Assembly (NCBI GenBank): GCA_964561135.1
Contig: CAZLOB010000054.1
Location: 22,429-86,428 of the forward strand
DNA: 64,000 nucleotides
From: an uncultured Elusimicrobia bacterium
Lineage (GTDB): Bacteria; Elusimicrobiota; Endomicrobiia; DTEH01
Direction: 5' to 3'
Positions 55,827-64,000 of the stretch are shown here, one piece after another. The stretch's first letter is position 1. Each line of letters starts with the position of its first letter. Under the pieces are notes generated by a model. The model did no database searches. It saw only the letters and a program-made list of their open reading frames with translations, and was not told where the DNA came from. The translations under genes were made by a program, and so were the position numbers.

Positions 55827-57758
55827 CTACCTCCGCAGTTCTTTAGCTATGTTGGGAAACAAAGACAGATCTGTATGTGGTATAAATAAAGCTGATGTGT
55901 ACTCGTTCATGTACATAGGCAAACTTGACAAATCAATATAAGTCATTTTTTGTTGAACTTTATATATACGTTTTCTTGCATAAGATGATAACAAAAATAA
56001 TATCGCACTTAACAACGAGGTGTTCCCAGAAACAACAAATTTTTCTTGTTCGATATCAGGAAACAACCCTAAAAGTTGCGCTTTTTTAATATCAATAAAA
56101 CTTCCAAAACCGCCAGAAATGTAAATTTTTTTAATATCCTCTAAATATAAATTTAAATATTTTATCAATGTATGTAATCCATGAAAAATTGCTCCTTTTG
56201 ACCTCAGAATATTTTCAATATCACTTTCTGTAATAACAATATCTTGTTTGTTTAAAGTAAATTCTTTTTCAACAACAACAAACTCATATTCGCCATCAGC
56301 ATTTTCTCTTATTCTATTTTTAAACTTTTTATTATCCACAATGAACTTGCCTGATCTGTCAATAACACCAGCTTTATAAAGTACAGCTGGGATATCAATT
56401 AACCCTGAACCACAAATACCAACCGGTTTTGTATCACCAATAACTTTGTATAGTACCTCTTCATCTCTAATTTCTATATCTTCAATTGCTCCAACAGTTG
56501 CAACCATACCAGACTTTATCCCAATACCTTCAAATGCAGGCCCACAAGAACATGCTGCTGAAACCAAAAAATCTTTATTCCCTACAACCATCTCACCATT
56601 TGTACCTAAATCAAGTAACACACACAATTCTTGAGATTCATCAATACCACATGCTACAACACCGCCAACAATATCGCCACCAATATATGAGGCAACTAAA
56701 GGTAAACAATAAATTTTTCCTAAAGGATTTATCATTAACCCTGTTTTATATGCTTCAATTGGTGGCACACGATTTACTACAGGAATATACGGTTCTCTAC
56801 GAATATATTTTGCAGGCAAGTTTAAAAAAAGATGTATCATAGTGGTGTTACCAGAAACAGTAGCAGCATAAATATCTTTCTGTTGTATATTTGCATTTTT
56901 TATTGCTATATTTATAAGTTCATTGATAGTATAAACAACTTTTTGATTCAATTCTTTTAACCCATTTTCCTGTTCTGAATGAATAATTCTTGTAATAACA
57001 TCTGAACCATAGACAATCTGTTGATTAATTGCAGAATACACACCTAAAACTTCTGAATTTAAAACATCTACTAATGCAACAACGACAGTTGTTGTACCTA
57101 TATCAACTGCTATTGCATACAATTTTTCAACTTTAGAAATACAATTAATTTTATACACTGAAGTTTCTTCATTAACACAAAACTCTTCGTTCAACACAGT
57201 ATCTACAACCCAATTGTTTTTTCTTAACAACTCAGGCAGACTAGTTATTAATTCAATATTATCAAACACAACATTAATTTTTTCTTTTTGAGAAATATAA
57301 TTTATCATACGGTCAACATCTGCAACATGGTCATCAATAGAGGGTTTTGGTAAGCTTAAATGAAGAAGTTTTACTAACGGTGAAAAATCAAAATTTTTTA
57401 TAATATATTCTTTTAAATCTTTCTGCCAAAATTCTTTATGTAAAAAACTATGTTGTTGTATTTCTTCTATAAAATTGAGTTGACTTAAAAGTTCTACAAT
57501 AATATCTGAAACTGGCAATGTTTTACAAGCAAGAACAATACCTTGTCGTTTTTCTTCTTCTGAGATAAACTGTGAACTTTCCGTAGTATATTTTCCTTCT
57601 AAAATTTTTATTTTACACTTACCACAAGTTCCTCTTCCACCACACGATGCATAAATGTTTATCCCTGAAGAAATTAATGTTTGTAACAAATTCTTATTTT
57701 TTTCAACAACAATTTCTTTATTATACGGCAAAACTCTTAGTTTAACAAATTCACTCAT
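55827..57758 (-). CDS. Reductive activator of corrinoid proteins (RACo-type: N-terminal [2Fe-2S] ferredoxin plus ASKHA ATPase/DUF4445)
   Basis: 643 aa. It has an N-terminal plant-type ferredoxin fold with CGGRGTCGKCK...C and a C-terminal actin-like ATPase (AIAVDIGTTTVVVAL; GGDIVGG...). Confidence 0.7.
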   Translation of the reverse strand: MSEFVKLRVLPYNKEIVVEKNKNLLQTLISSGINIYASCGGRGTCGKCKIKILEGKYTTESSQFISEEEKRQGIVLACKTLPVSDIIVELLSQLNFIEEIQQHSFLHKEFWQKDLKEYIIKNFDFSPLVKLLHLSLPKPSIDDHVADVDRMINYISQKEKINVVFDNIELITSLPELLRKNNWVVDTVLNEEFCVNEETSVYKINCISKVEKLYAIAVDIGTTTVVVALVDVLNSEVLGVYSAINQQIVYGSDVITRIIHSEQENGLKELNQKVVYTINELINIAIKNANIQQKDIYAATVSGNTTMIHLFLNLPAKYIRREPYIPVVNRVPPIEAYKTGLMINPLGKIYCLPLVASYIGGDIVGGVVACGIDESQELCVLLDLGTNGEMVVGNKDFLVSAACSCGPAFEGIGIKSGMVATVGAIEDIEIRDEEVLYKVIGDTKPVGICGSGLIDIPAVLYKAGVIDRSGKFIVDNKKFKNRIRENADGEYEFVVVEKEFTLNKQDIVITESDIENILRSKGAIFHGLHTLIKYLNLYLEDIKKIYISGGFGSFIDIKKAQLLGLFPDIEQEKFVVSGNTSLLSAILFLLSSYARKRIYKVQQKMTYIDLSSLPMYMNEYTSALFIPHTDLSLFPNIAKELRR

Positions 57759-57767
57759 AATTATTTT

Positions 57768-59099
57768 TTAACTAAAGATTGTTTTTAAAAACTTTGGTAT
57801 ACCAGAAGCTTCTTTAGGACCGACAATTATCTCCCAATCTGGGAGTAAATCATTAAGTTTCCCACTCATAACTGCAACATATCCAGGAATAATAATTTTT
57901 TTATGTCTTATATATTCTTCTACTCTTTCTTTTTTTATAGCTTCAACAATTTTTTCAGGCGTAAATTTTTCCGCAGCCCATGCAGTAAGAACTGAAAGTC
58001 CGTCTGTATCAACAATTAAAAGCCATGAAGGTATTTTCGAATTTAGTATCTCAGGTTCAACTGAATAATAAGTTAAAGAAAAGTTTGTTGTAACTAACAA
58101 TGGCGAATTTTCTGTTGGCTCACCACCAATTTTGTATAATTTAGGCTCAACAGTGACAGGTTTTTGTGGATCAGTATAGATATTAAATCTTAAAGTGATA
58201 AGTGGCAAATGAATTTCTGGTTCTGCAGTATTAACAACAACAATGCTACCATATTTAAGTATTGCTAAAGATGCATATGAAAGTGTAGTTACAACATCGT
58301 CTGATTCTATTATTACACAGGTAGGATAACCTAATGGACGAAAGTTTTTTTTCAAAGCTAATCTTCGCACTTGTGTCAAATCCTCTGTAAGTTGGACATA
58401 GTTTTTGACAGGAAGGTTAATCACAAGTTCTCTATATCCAAAGTTTTGCACTATTGTGCTAACTAAAGAAACAATCTCTTGCAAACTATTCCCACCTACA
58501 ACCAACGGAATATTATTTTGTTTGGCAATATTAACAAATTTTTCAAGTTCAGAAGAACTGTTTTCCACTATACCTATTAAATGTAATTTTTTAGTTTTTA
58601 AAACATCTTCAATAAAACTAGAATTTTTTGATACCAGACCTAAAACAGTATCTTCATCAACTTGAGATATAATATTCTTAATTCGTTCCAAATTATCTTG
58701 TTCTGATTTTATTAGCAAAAGTTCTGTTTTAACTTTTTGGCCAACTCGGTCAAATTTGAGATTCTTAAATTTTTCTATTCTATCAGAGATAATATCATCA
58801 CTATAAGTATCTTTTATCAACACACCAAGTAGACAAGGATTAAAAAACGTTTTCTCATGGCGAAACAATACTGTCTCACCACCAATTTTATATTTTTCAG
58901 CGACAGTTATAGTTCTTATTGGTGGTTCAGCAGCTTCTGCTAAAATTTTTTTTGCCTCTTCTGATACATAAGGACAACTTTCTAACGAAACTTTTTTTGC
59001 AGCAAGTGCCATCGCAAACGCTAAACATGTTGGAAAACCACATTCTTTACAATTTGTTTTAGGAAGAAGTTTATATATTTCAAGTCCTGTTAATGGCAT
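57768..59099 (-). CDS. acsC: Corrinoid iron-sulfur protein large subunit (AcsC/CdhE-like)
   Basis: 443 aa. The N-terminus MPLTGLEIYKLLPKTNCKECGFPTCLAFAMALAAKKV is the characteristic [4Fe-4S] motif of the CFeSP gamma/large subunit. Its size matches AcsC (about 445 aa). Confidence 0.7.
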   Translation of the reverse strand: MPLTGLEIYKLLPKTNCKECGFPTCLAFAMALAAKKVSLESCPYVSEEAKKILAEAAEPPIRTITVAEKYKIGGETVLFRHEKTFFNPCLLGVLIKDTYSDDIISDRIEKFKNLKFDRVGQKVKTELLLIKSEQDNLERIKNIISQVDEDTVLGLVSKNSSFIEDVLKTKKLHLIGIVENSSSELEKFVNIAKQNNIPLVVGGNSLQEIVSLVSTIVQNFGYRELVINLPVKNYVQLTEDLTQVRRLALKKNFRPLGYPTCVIIESDDVVTTLSYASLAILKYGSIVVVNTAEPEIHLPLITLRFNIYTDPQKPVTVEPKLYKIGGEPTENSPLLVTTNFSLTYYSVEPEILNSKIPSWLLIVDTDGLSVLTAWAAEKFTPEKIVEAIKKERVEEYIRHKKIIIPGYVAVMSGKLNDLLPDWEIIVGPKEASGIPKFLKTIFS

Positions 59100-59148
59100 T
59101 TTCTAAACCCTCCTTAAAATCTAAAATTTTTTAAAAGATAGATTAGTC

Positions 59149-59162
59149 GGCAATTAATTGCC
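59149..59162. promoter_or_regulatory. Perfect 14-bp palindrome GGCAATTAATTGCC upstream of acsC. It is a candidate operator.
   Basis: It lies about 50 bp upstream of the acsC start, within the 310-bp divergent acsC/mnmG intergenic region. Confidence 0.3.
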
Positions 59163-59409
59163 AATTACAAACTTTATACACATTTATCCCAATTATATAA
59201 CATTTTAAAATCATTATCAATACAAACTTGACAACTTGTTTAATATAATATAAAAGGTAAGGGGCGCTTGAGATACAACTAAATATAAATACTTTTTTTT
59301 TAATCAATAAATATTGTTTAATTCTTCATAGTTTTATATAAACAATTTTATATAAACAACATTAATTTTATACACTCTAAATACACTAACTTTTTACAGA
59401 GCTAAAACT

Positions 59410-61251
59410 ATGTATACTTATCCGGAAAAATTTGATGTTATAGTAATAGGTGGTGGTCATGCAGGTTGTGAAGCAGCGTATGTTTGTTCAAAACTTTCCC
59501 TAAAGACACTTCTTTTAACAATGAATTTGGAAACAATAGCGATGATGTCATGCAACCCTGCAATAGGTGGTGTCGCAAAAGGACAGATTGTACGTGAGAT
59601 TGATGCTTTAGGTGGTATCATGGCAAAAGTGGCTGATAAAACAGGAATACATTTTAAAATGCTTAATACTTCAAAAGGCCCTGCAGTGTGGTCCCCAAGA
59701 GCTCAGTGTGATAGAACTTTGTATCGTGTTGTAATGAAACAAGAGTTAGAACAACAAAAAAGTCTTCTTATAAGACAAGAAGAAGTAATCAAAATATTAA
59801 CTGATGATAAAAAAGTTTGTGGTGTATTAACAAAACATGAAAATTTATACAAGACAAAATGTGTAATAGTTTGTACTGGTACTTTTTTAAATGGTGTGAT
59901 TCATATTGGTCTTAAAAGTTTCCCTGCAGGACGGTATTCTGAATATCCATCTGTTTTGTCAGAATCGTTAAAAGAATTAGGTTTTGAAGTAAAAAGATTA
60001 GCTACAACAACACCTCCACGAATTAACGGAAAAACCGTTGATTTTTCAAAACTTGAAACACAACCTTCTGATGAAAATCCAATGCCATTTTCACATTTCA
60101 CACCATTATCAAAATTTCCCTATCAAAAATTGCTAAATTGTTATATCGCATATACAAACGAAAATACACACAAAATTATCCTTGACAATTTACATCTCTC
60201 AGCTACTTATGCAGGAAAAATAAAAGCTGCTGAACCAAGATATTGTCCATCTATTGAAGATAAAGTTGTAAAATTTAAAGATAAACCACGTCATCAACTT
60301 TTTTTAGAACCGGAAGGGTTGTATACAAATGAGATGTATTTAAACGGTTTGTTTACAGGTTTATCTGAAGAAACTCAAGAAAAAATAATACATTCTATTG
60401 CAGGACTTGAAAACGCAAAAATTACAAGATATGGTTATGGAATAGAATATGATTTTTGTCCACCTACACAGCTTTATCCAACACTTGAAACAAAACTTGT
60501 TGAAGGTCTTTTCTTTGCAGGACAAATTAACGGGACTACTGGTTATGAAGAAGCAGCAGGGCAAGGGATAATCGCAGGAATCAACGCAGCAGCAAAAATT
60601 CTCGGGTTCGAACCTTTAATATTAGGTAGGCACGAAGCGTATATAGGTGTTTTAATTGACGATTTGGTGACAAAAGGAGTGTTAGATCCTTACAGAATGT
60701 TTACTTCGCGTGCAGAATATAGGCTACTTTTAAGAAATGACAATGCTGATTTACGGTTATTAGAATATAGCCATAAATATGGCTTAGTGGAAGAAAACTA
60801 CTATAAAATTTTCCAAGAATACAAAGAAAAGTTAAATAGATTAATAGAATATCTAAAAAAGAAAAAAGTCAACGCTGACACAACAGCTGCTGATTTAATT
60901 GTTCAATCACAGGATGTTGAAATATCCGAATCTGAATTAGAACAGTTCAAGCTTGAAACAGACATTTTTTGGAATACAAAAAATATGTTAACTGAAGCAA
61001 AGATCCAGATAAAATATGCTCCTTACATTGAAAAACAACTACAACAAATTGCTCAACTTAAAAAATATGAAAATAAACAAATACCACAAGATATTGATTA
61101 TACAAAAATACCAGGCCTACTTAAAGAAGCTCAAGCTAAACTTTCACAAATAAGACCAAAAACTATCGGGCAAGCATCTCGTATCTCTGGTGTAACTCCA
61201 GCTGATATCTCAGTGTTACTCATCTATTTAAAAAAACATTATAACTTATAA
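59410..61251 (+). CDS. mnmG: tRNA uridine 5-carboxymethylaminomethyl modification enzyme MnmG (GidA)
   Basis: 613 aa. The FAD-binding N-terminus is FDVIVIGGGHAGCEAA and GidA-family motifs are present throughout. Confidence 0.9.
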   Translation: MYTYPEKFDVIVIGGGHAGCEAAYVCSKLSLKTLLLTMNLETIAMMSCNPAIGGVAKGQIVREIDALGGIMAKVADKTGIHFKMLNTSKGPAVWSPRAQCDRTLYRVVMKQELEQQKSLLIRQEEVIKILTDDKKVCGVLTKHENLYKTKCVIVCTGTFLNGVIHIGLKSFPAGRYSEYPSVLSESLKELGFEVKRLATTTPPRINGKTVDFSKLETQPSDENPMPFSHFTPLSKFPYQKLLNCYIAYTNENTHKIILDNLHLSATYAGKIKAAEPRYCPSIEDKVVKFKDKPRHQLFLEPEGLYTNEMYLNGLFTGLSEETQEKIIHSIAGLENAKITRYGYGIEYDFCPPTQLYPTLETKLVEGLFFAGQINGTTGYEEAAGQGIIAGINAAAKILGFEPLILGRHEAYIGVLIDDLVTKGVLDPYRMFTSRAEYRLLLRNDNADLRLLEYSHKYGLVEENYYKIFQEYKEKLNRLIEYLKKKKVNADTTAADLIVQSQDVEISESELEQFKLETDIFWNTKNMLTEAKIQIKYAPYIEKQLQQIAQLKKYENKQIPQDIDYTKIPGLLKEAQAKLSQIRPKTIGQASRISGVTPADISVLLIYLKKHYNL

Positions 61252-61273
61252 AGAAAAATATATTGAAAAACTT

Positions 61274-61301
61274 TTAGCCTTGCAATAAAAAGCAAGTCTA
61301 A
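61274..61301. terminator. Candidate bidirectional terminator hairpin between convergent mnmG and nfi
   Basis: TTAGCCTTGC-AATAAAAA-GCAAGTCTAA forms a 9/10-bp stem. A T-run (CGTTTTTTAATTATTTTTTT) follows on the plus strand. Confidence 0.4.
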
Positions 61302-61323
61302 ATCTTCGTCCTACGTTTTTTAA

Positions 61324-61989
61324 TTATTTTTTTACAACATAATTTTTTGCAATGCTATGTGCGAGACGTATCGGCTGAGGTATTCTATATTTTGACAAAT
61401 TTAACACAATATCTTTCGCTGTATTTAATGAAACTTTGTGTCCAATTGATATAATAACTTCTTTTACATTATCTTTTGTTCTCAAAGCATAACCTATAAC
61501 TTCTTTTGTTTCATCATCAATTATATTTGTAAAACTTCCCCGTTTAGTACCTAACTTTGACAAATATTTCCCATACAAAAGTTTTTTTGCACAACCTATA
61601 GTTGGTAAGTCAAGAATTACACCAATATAACTTGCAAGCCCCATACGTCTTGGATGTGCAACACCATGACCATCTAGAATTAAAACATCTGGTTTGTCTA
61701 ATTTATCTAAAAACTCAACAATATAAGGACCTTCTGAAAAACATAAAAATTCTGGAATATATGGGAAATTGTATTTGATAGAAAAAACTTTTATTTTTTC
61801 TTCAACAATATCTCCATAAGGATAAAACAAAACTACATAGCCTAAAACAACATTTTGGTTTTTAAAATGAACATCGATACCGCCAACATAGTTAATTTTT
61901 TTAACAACATCTTTAGTTATAACTTTTTTTGAAAGTTCTAATTGTAAGCCTTTTGCTTCAACTAAATTTTCTGGTATTTTGACTTTCAT
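61324..61989 (-). CDS. nfi: Endonuclease V (deoxyinosine 3' endonuclease)
   Basis: 221 aa. It has endonuclease V regions (YVGGIDVHF, PYIPEFLCFSEGP, LDGHGVAHPRRMGLASYIG). Confidence 0.75.
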   Translation of the reverse strand: MKVKIPENLVEAKGLQLELSKKVITKDVVKKINYVGGIDVHFKNQNVVLGYVVLFYPYGDIVEEKIKVFSIKYNFPYIPEFLCFSEGPYIVEFLDKLDKPDVLILDGHGVAHPRRMGLASYIGVILDLPTIGCAKKLLYGKYLSKLGTKRGSFTNIIDDETKEVIGYALRTKDNVKEVIISIGHKVSLNTAKDIVLNLSKYRIPQPIRLAHSIAKNYVVKK

Positions 61990-63116
61990 TAAACTAAAAG
62001 TTTCAAAAGTTTTTTTAGCAAAATAAAAATTTCATAAAAAATACTTCTTTTTATCTTTATAGCCTTATATGTACAAACTTCAAAACAACAAAGACAAGTT
62101 ATACAATTTGCATAATCTATAAAGTATTTATTGCCAACTTTTTTTATAGTTTTCTTAGGACATATTTGGTAACATTTCGCACATTGTTTACATAATTTTT
62201 GTACAATTTTTGGTCTAAACCAAACCAAAGGTTTTACAAAACTAACAACAATTTTTGGAAAATAGTTAACAAAAGATGCTGTTTGAGGAAGAACAACTTT
62301 TATGTTTTTTATTTCTTCTTTAGAAACTCCTATAAAAACAATTTCGGTAGGTTTCTTTAGATATTTGTTTATAAACAAAAAATGTTTTGGCAACTTAAAC
62401 AAATCTTTTACTACAAAGTAATCAACAGTTCTAGCATTCTCTGATGTTATAATTAAAGCAAATTTTTTAACAGTTCCTGAGGCAGGCCCGTCTCCCTCCA
62501 TCCCTTCAATAGCATCAACTATAGTTAAATCAGGTGGTCTATATGAATATACAGCGTATAAAACTTCAAAAAAATCTTGTGGATGCAAAGCATATTTGTG
62601 ATATAACGATTTTGTAAAACCAGCAACTACACCATACATATTCTTTATTCCACAAGTGATTATCGTTAAAGAATGTGTTTTAAGTTTAGGTAAATTGACA
62701 ATATAATCAACTTCCTCAACAATTTTTGAAACAACAAGTTTCTTACAACCAAACTTATTAAACTCAAATTCTATTGTAGGATATACCGAAAGATTTAAAA
62801 GCAAAACTTTTTCTTCTTCACAAACCTTTTTTATTCCTGTCTTTAATACAACTTCCTCAAAGTTTGCTACAGAAGGGCTGTCACCAACAATGACTTCATT
62901 GTTCTTCTTAAACAGCTTTATTATAGCACGCAAAAATTCAGGATGTGTAGTTGCTGCTTCTTGAGGCTTATGTGCTCCTAATAAGTTTGGTTTAAGCAAA
63001 ACTTTTTTAAACTTTATTTTATCAACAAGGTCTAAAACAATAAGTTGGTTCAAAATAACTTCATAAATTTTTTCACATTTATATTCATCACATCTACTTA
63101 TTAATAATTTACTCAT
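61989..63116 (-). CDS. DUF362-domain protein with a C-terminal 2x[4Fe-4S] ferredoxin domain
   Basis: It has the DUF362 region (VLLKPNLLGAHKPQEAATTHPEFLRAII) and a C-terminal CKQCAKCYQICP...CITCLCCFEVC. The start is moved to Met11, giving an ATGA overlap with the upstream tagA-like stop. Confidence 0.6.
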   Translation of the reverse strand: MSKLLISRCDEYKCEKIYEVILNQLIVLDLVDKIKFKKVLLKPNLLGAHKPQEAATTHPEFLRAIIKLFKKNNEVIVGDSPSVANFEEVVLKTGIKKVCEEEKVLLLNLSVYPTIEFEFNKFGCKKLVVSKIVEEVDYIVNLPKLKTHSLTIITCGIKNMYGVVAGFTKSLYHKYALHPQDFFEVLYAVYSYRPPDLTIVDAIEGMEGDGPASGTVKKFALIITSENARTVDYFVVKDLFKLPKHFLFINKYLKKPTEIVFIGVSKEEIKNIKVVLPQTASFVNYFPKIVVSFVKPLVWFRPKIVQKLCKQCAKCYQICPKKTIKKVGNKYFIDYANCITCLCCFEVCTYKAIKIKRSIFYEIFILLKKLLKLLV

Positions 63117-63865
63117 TTTTTTAATCCTAATTTTGAATATAAACAATCAAAAAACAAAATTGTTATTGCTAAAGGTAGCCTTAAGATTCTTTTTATTCGC
63201 CATGGTTCTTGTAATAATCTATAATACCATTCTAAACCTAAAATTCTAAACAACTTAGGGGCTCGCTTCAATTTGCCACTTATTATATCAAAACTTCCGC
63301 CAACCCCTATCACAACTTTGCAGTTAAGTTTGTCAATATGTTTCTTAATCCAATGTTCTTGAATCTCCGTTGGTAAGGCAACAAATAATATATCAACTGA
63401 TCTCTTATTTATTTCTTCTACAACTTTATCTGATAAATCTTTGTTGTTTAAAAAAATATAACCATGATGATATCCTACTACATTTATTAAAAACTCCTTT
63501 TTAAGTTTTTCTGCAACATTTGATACAACAATTTCATTTGCACCAAACAAATAAATTTTACAATTTTTTTCTTTTGCTAAACAACAAATATGGTCGATAA
63601 GTTCTATTCCTGGCTGATGCTTTAAAACTTTTGCTGAAAAAATACTACAACATAACGCAATACCAAAAGAATCACAAAGTATAAGTTTCGCTTCTTCTAA
63701 AGCTTTTTTAGTAAGATAATCAATTTTTGACTGAAGATATATAAGAGAATTAAGTGTAACAATTTGGCAAGGTTTTTCTTTTGATAAGAAACTTTCGATT
63801 TGTTTTAAAATTTCTTCAACTTTAGCAAAAACAACCTTTATTTTTCCAATTCTGAAAACATACAT
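63113..63865 (-). CDS. WecB/TagA/CpsF-family glycosyltransferase (N-acetylmannosaminyltransferase-like)
   Basis: 250 aa. It has the family C-terminal signature VVIGVGGSFDIISGKLKRAPKLFRILGLEWYYRLLQEPWR. Confidence 0.7.
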   Translation of the reverse strand: MYVFRIGKIKVVFAKVEEILKQIESFLSKEKPCQIVTLNSLIYLQSKIDYLTKKALEEAKLILCDSFGIALCCSIFSAKVLKHQPGIELIDHICCLAKEKNCKIYLFGANEIVVSNVAEKLKKEFLINVVGYHHGYIFLNNKDLSDKVVEEINKRSVDILFVALPTEIQEHWIKKHIDKLNCKVVIGVGGSFDIISGKLKRAPKLFRILGLEWYYRLLQEPWRIKRILRLPLAITILFFDCLYSKLGLKK

Positions 63866-63869
63866 TTAT

Positions 63870-64000
63870 ATCAAACCATAACCTCAGTTTCACGTAACTT
63901 CAATGAGATAACTTTCGAAACACCAAGTTCTTCCATTGTAACACCATAAAGTGTATTTATAAACTCCATAGTTCGTGTATTATGTGTGATCACAATAAAT
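63870..64000 (-). CDS. C-terminal fragment of an unidentified protein. The gene starts beyond the window end.
   Basis: An open frame ...[40 protein letters not shown] ends at TGA 63870-63872. Confidence 0.3.

Noticed and set aside
418-58665. Numerous 60-130-aa antisense or embedded ORFs from the track, for example 418..786(+), 1945..2287(+), 10860..11219(-), 15224..15883(+), 32494..32949(-), 38824..39486(+), 56446..56842(+) and 58405..58665(+)
   Set aside because: Each lies wholly inside a longer ORF with clear family-level similarity on the other strand or frame. Their compositions are Ser/Phe/Leu-rich, as expected for antisense of AT-rich coding DNA.
59229-59256. TTGACA ... TATAAT-like hexamers upstream of mnmG as a promoter
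   Set aside because: The spacer lengths between the candidate -35 and any -10-like hexamer are 10-15 nt, which is too short or ambiguous. In AT-rich DNA such hexamers occur by chance.
63886-63897. parS-like half-site GTTTCACGTAAC
   Set aside because: It matches only one arm of the canonical TGTTTCACGTGAAACA palindrome. It lies inside the coding sequence of a partial gene far from parAB.
1-64000. CRISPR arrays, transposases/IS elements, prophage genes, restriction-modification or other recognisable defence systems
   Set aside because: No regularly spaced direct repeats, no cas, transposase or integrase-like ORFs, and no methyltransferase/nuclease pairs were seen. The only nuclease is a housekeeping-type HNH protein.

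Overview
This is an AT-rich (about 30% GC), tightly packed segment of a bacterial chromosome with a diderm-type envelope (LptD, PilQ secretin, Omp-like C-termini). About 60 protein genes, one tRNA and one RNase P RNA can be supported. Most genes sit in long co-directional minus-strand runs, and many adjacent genes overlap by 4 nt (ATGA).

Recognisable content:
- **Core metabolism and information processing:** the start of hisI plus hisA; accC and accB, with accA separate; pyruvate phosphate dikinase; a UDP-xylose pair (ugd and a UDP-glucuronate decarboxylase); an orphan hydrogenase-maturation-protease homolog; mtnA-like; a second LeuA/NifV-family condensing enzyme; and a Wzz-like protein.
- **Middle of the window:** parA-parB, mfd, a GldA/GldF/GldG-like ABC system, and leuA-leuC-leuD with an RluA-family gene inserted between leuC and leuD.
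- **Cell envelope and surface:** LptD; a glycan cassette (ROK kinase, GT2, Wzy_C/TPR protein); pilMNOPQ; a COG1579 zinc-ribbon protein; rpe; a PASTA protein; a large HExxH/beta-propeller protein; and an EnvC-like degenerate-LytM plus FtsX-like plus CsaB-like cluster.
- **Far end of the window:** glgA, galT, an orphan corrinoid Fe-S protein large subunit (AcsC-like) with its reductive activase RACo, mnmG, nfi, a DUF362 ferredoxin protein and TagA/WecG.

Features that need a second look:
- BCCP (AccB) carries Arg (codon CGT) where the biotinylated Lys of the conserved A-M-K-M motif should be.
- A long-range stem encloses two tandem 18-bp palindromes at the parA-parB junction, and a TGTAGCTGT motif lies on both sides of parA.
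- An AcsC/RACo pair has no other Wood-Ljungdahl genes in 64 kb and a perfect 14-bp palindrome upstream.
- A signal-peptide protein carries two SpoVG-like domains.
- A Wzy_C/TPR O-antigen-ligase-like gene cassette is translationally coupled to pilMNOPQ.

The ORF-track protein at 43497..43817 (+) lies on the strand opposite the RNase P RNA locus (rnpB) and is not a real gene. No CRISPR array, transposase, integrase or recognisable defence system was seen.
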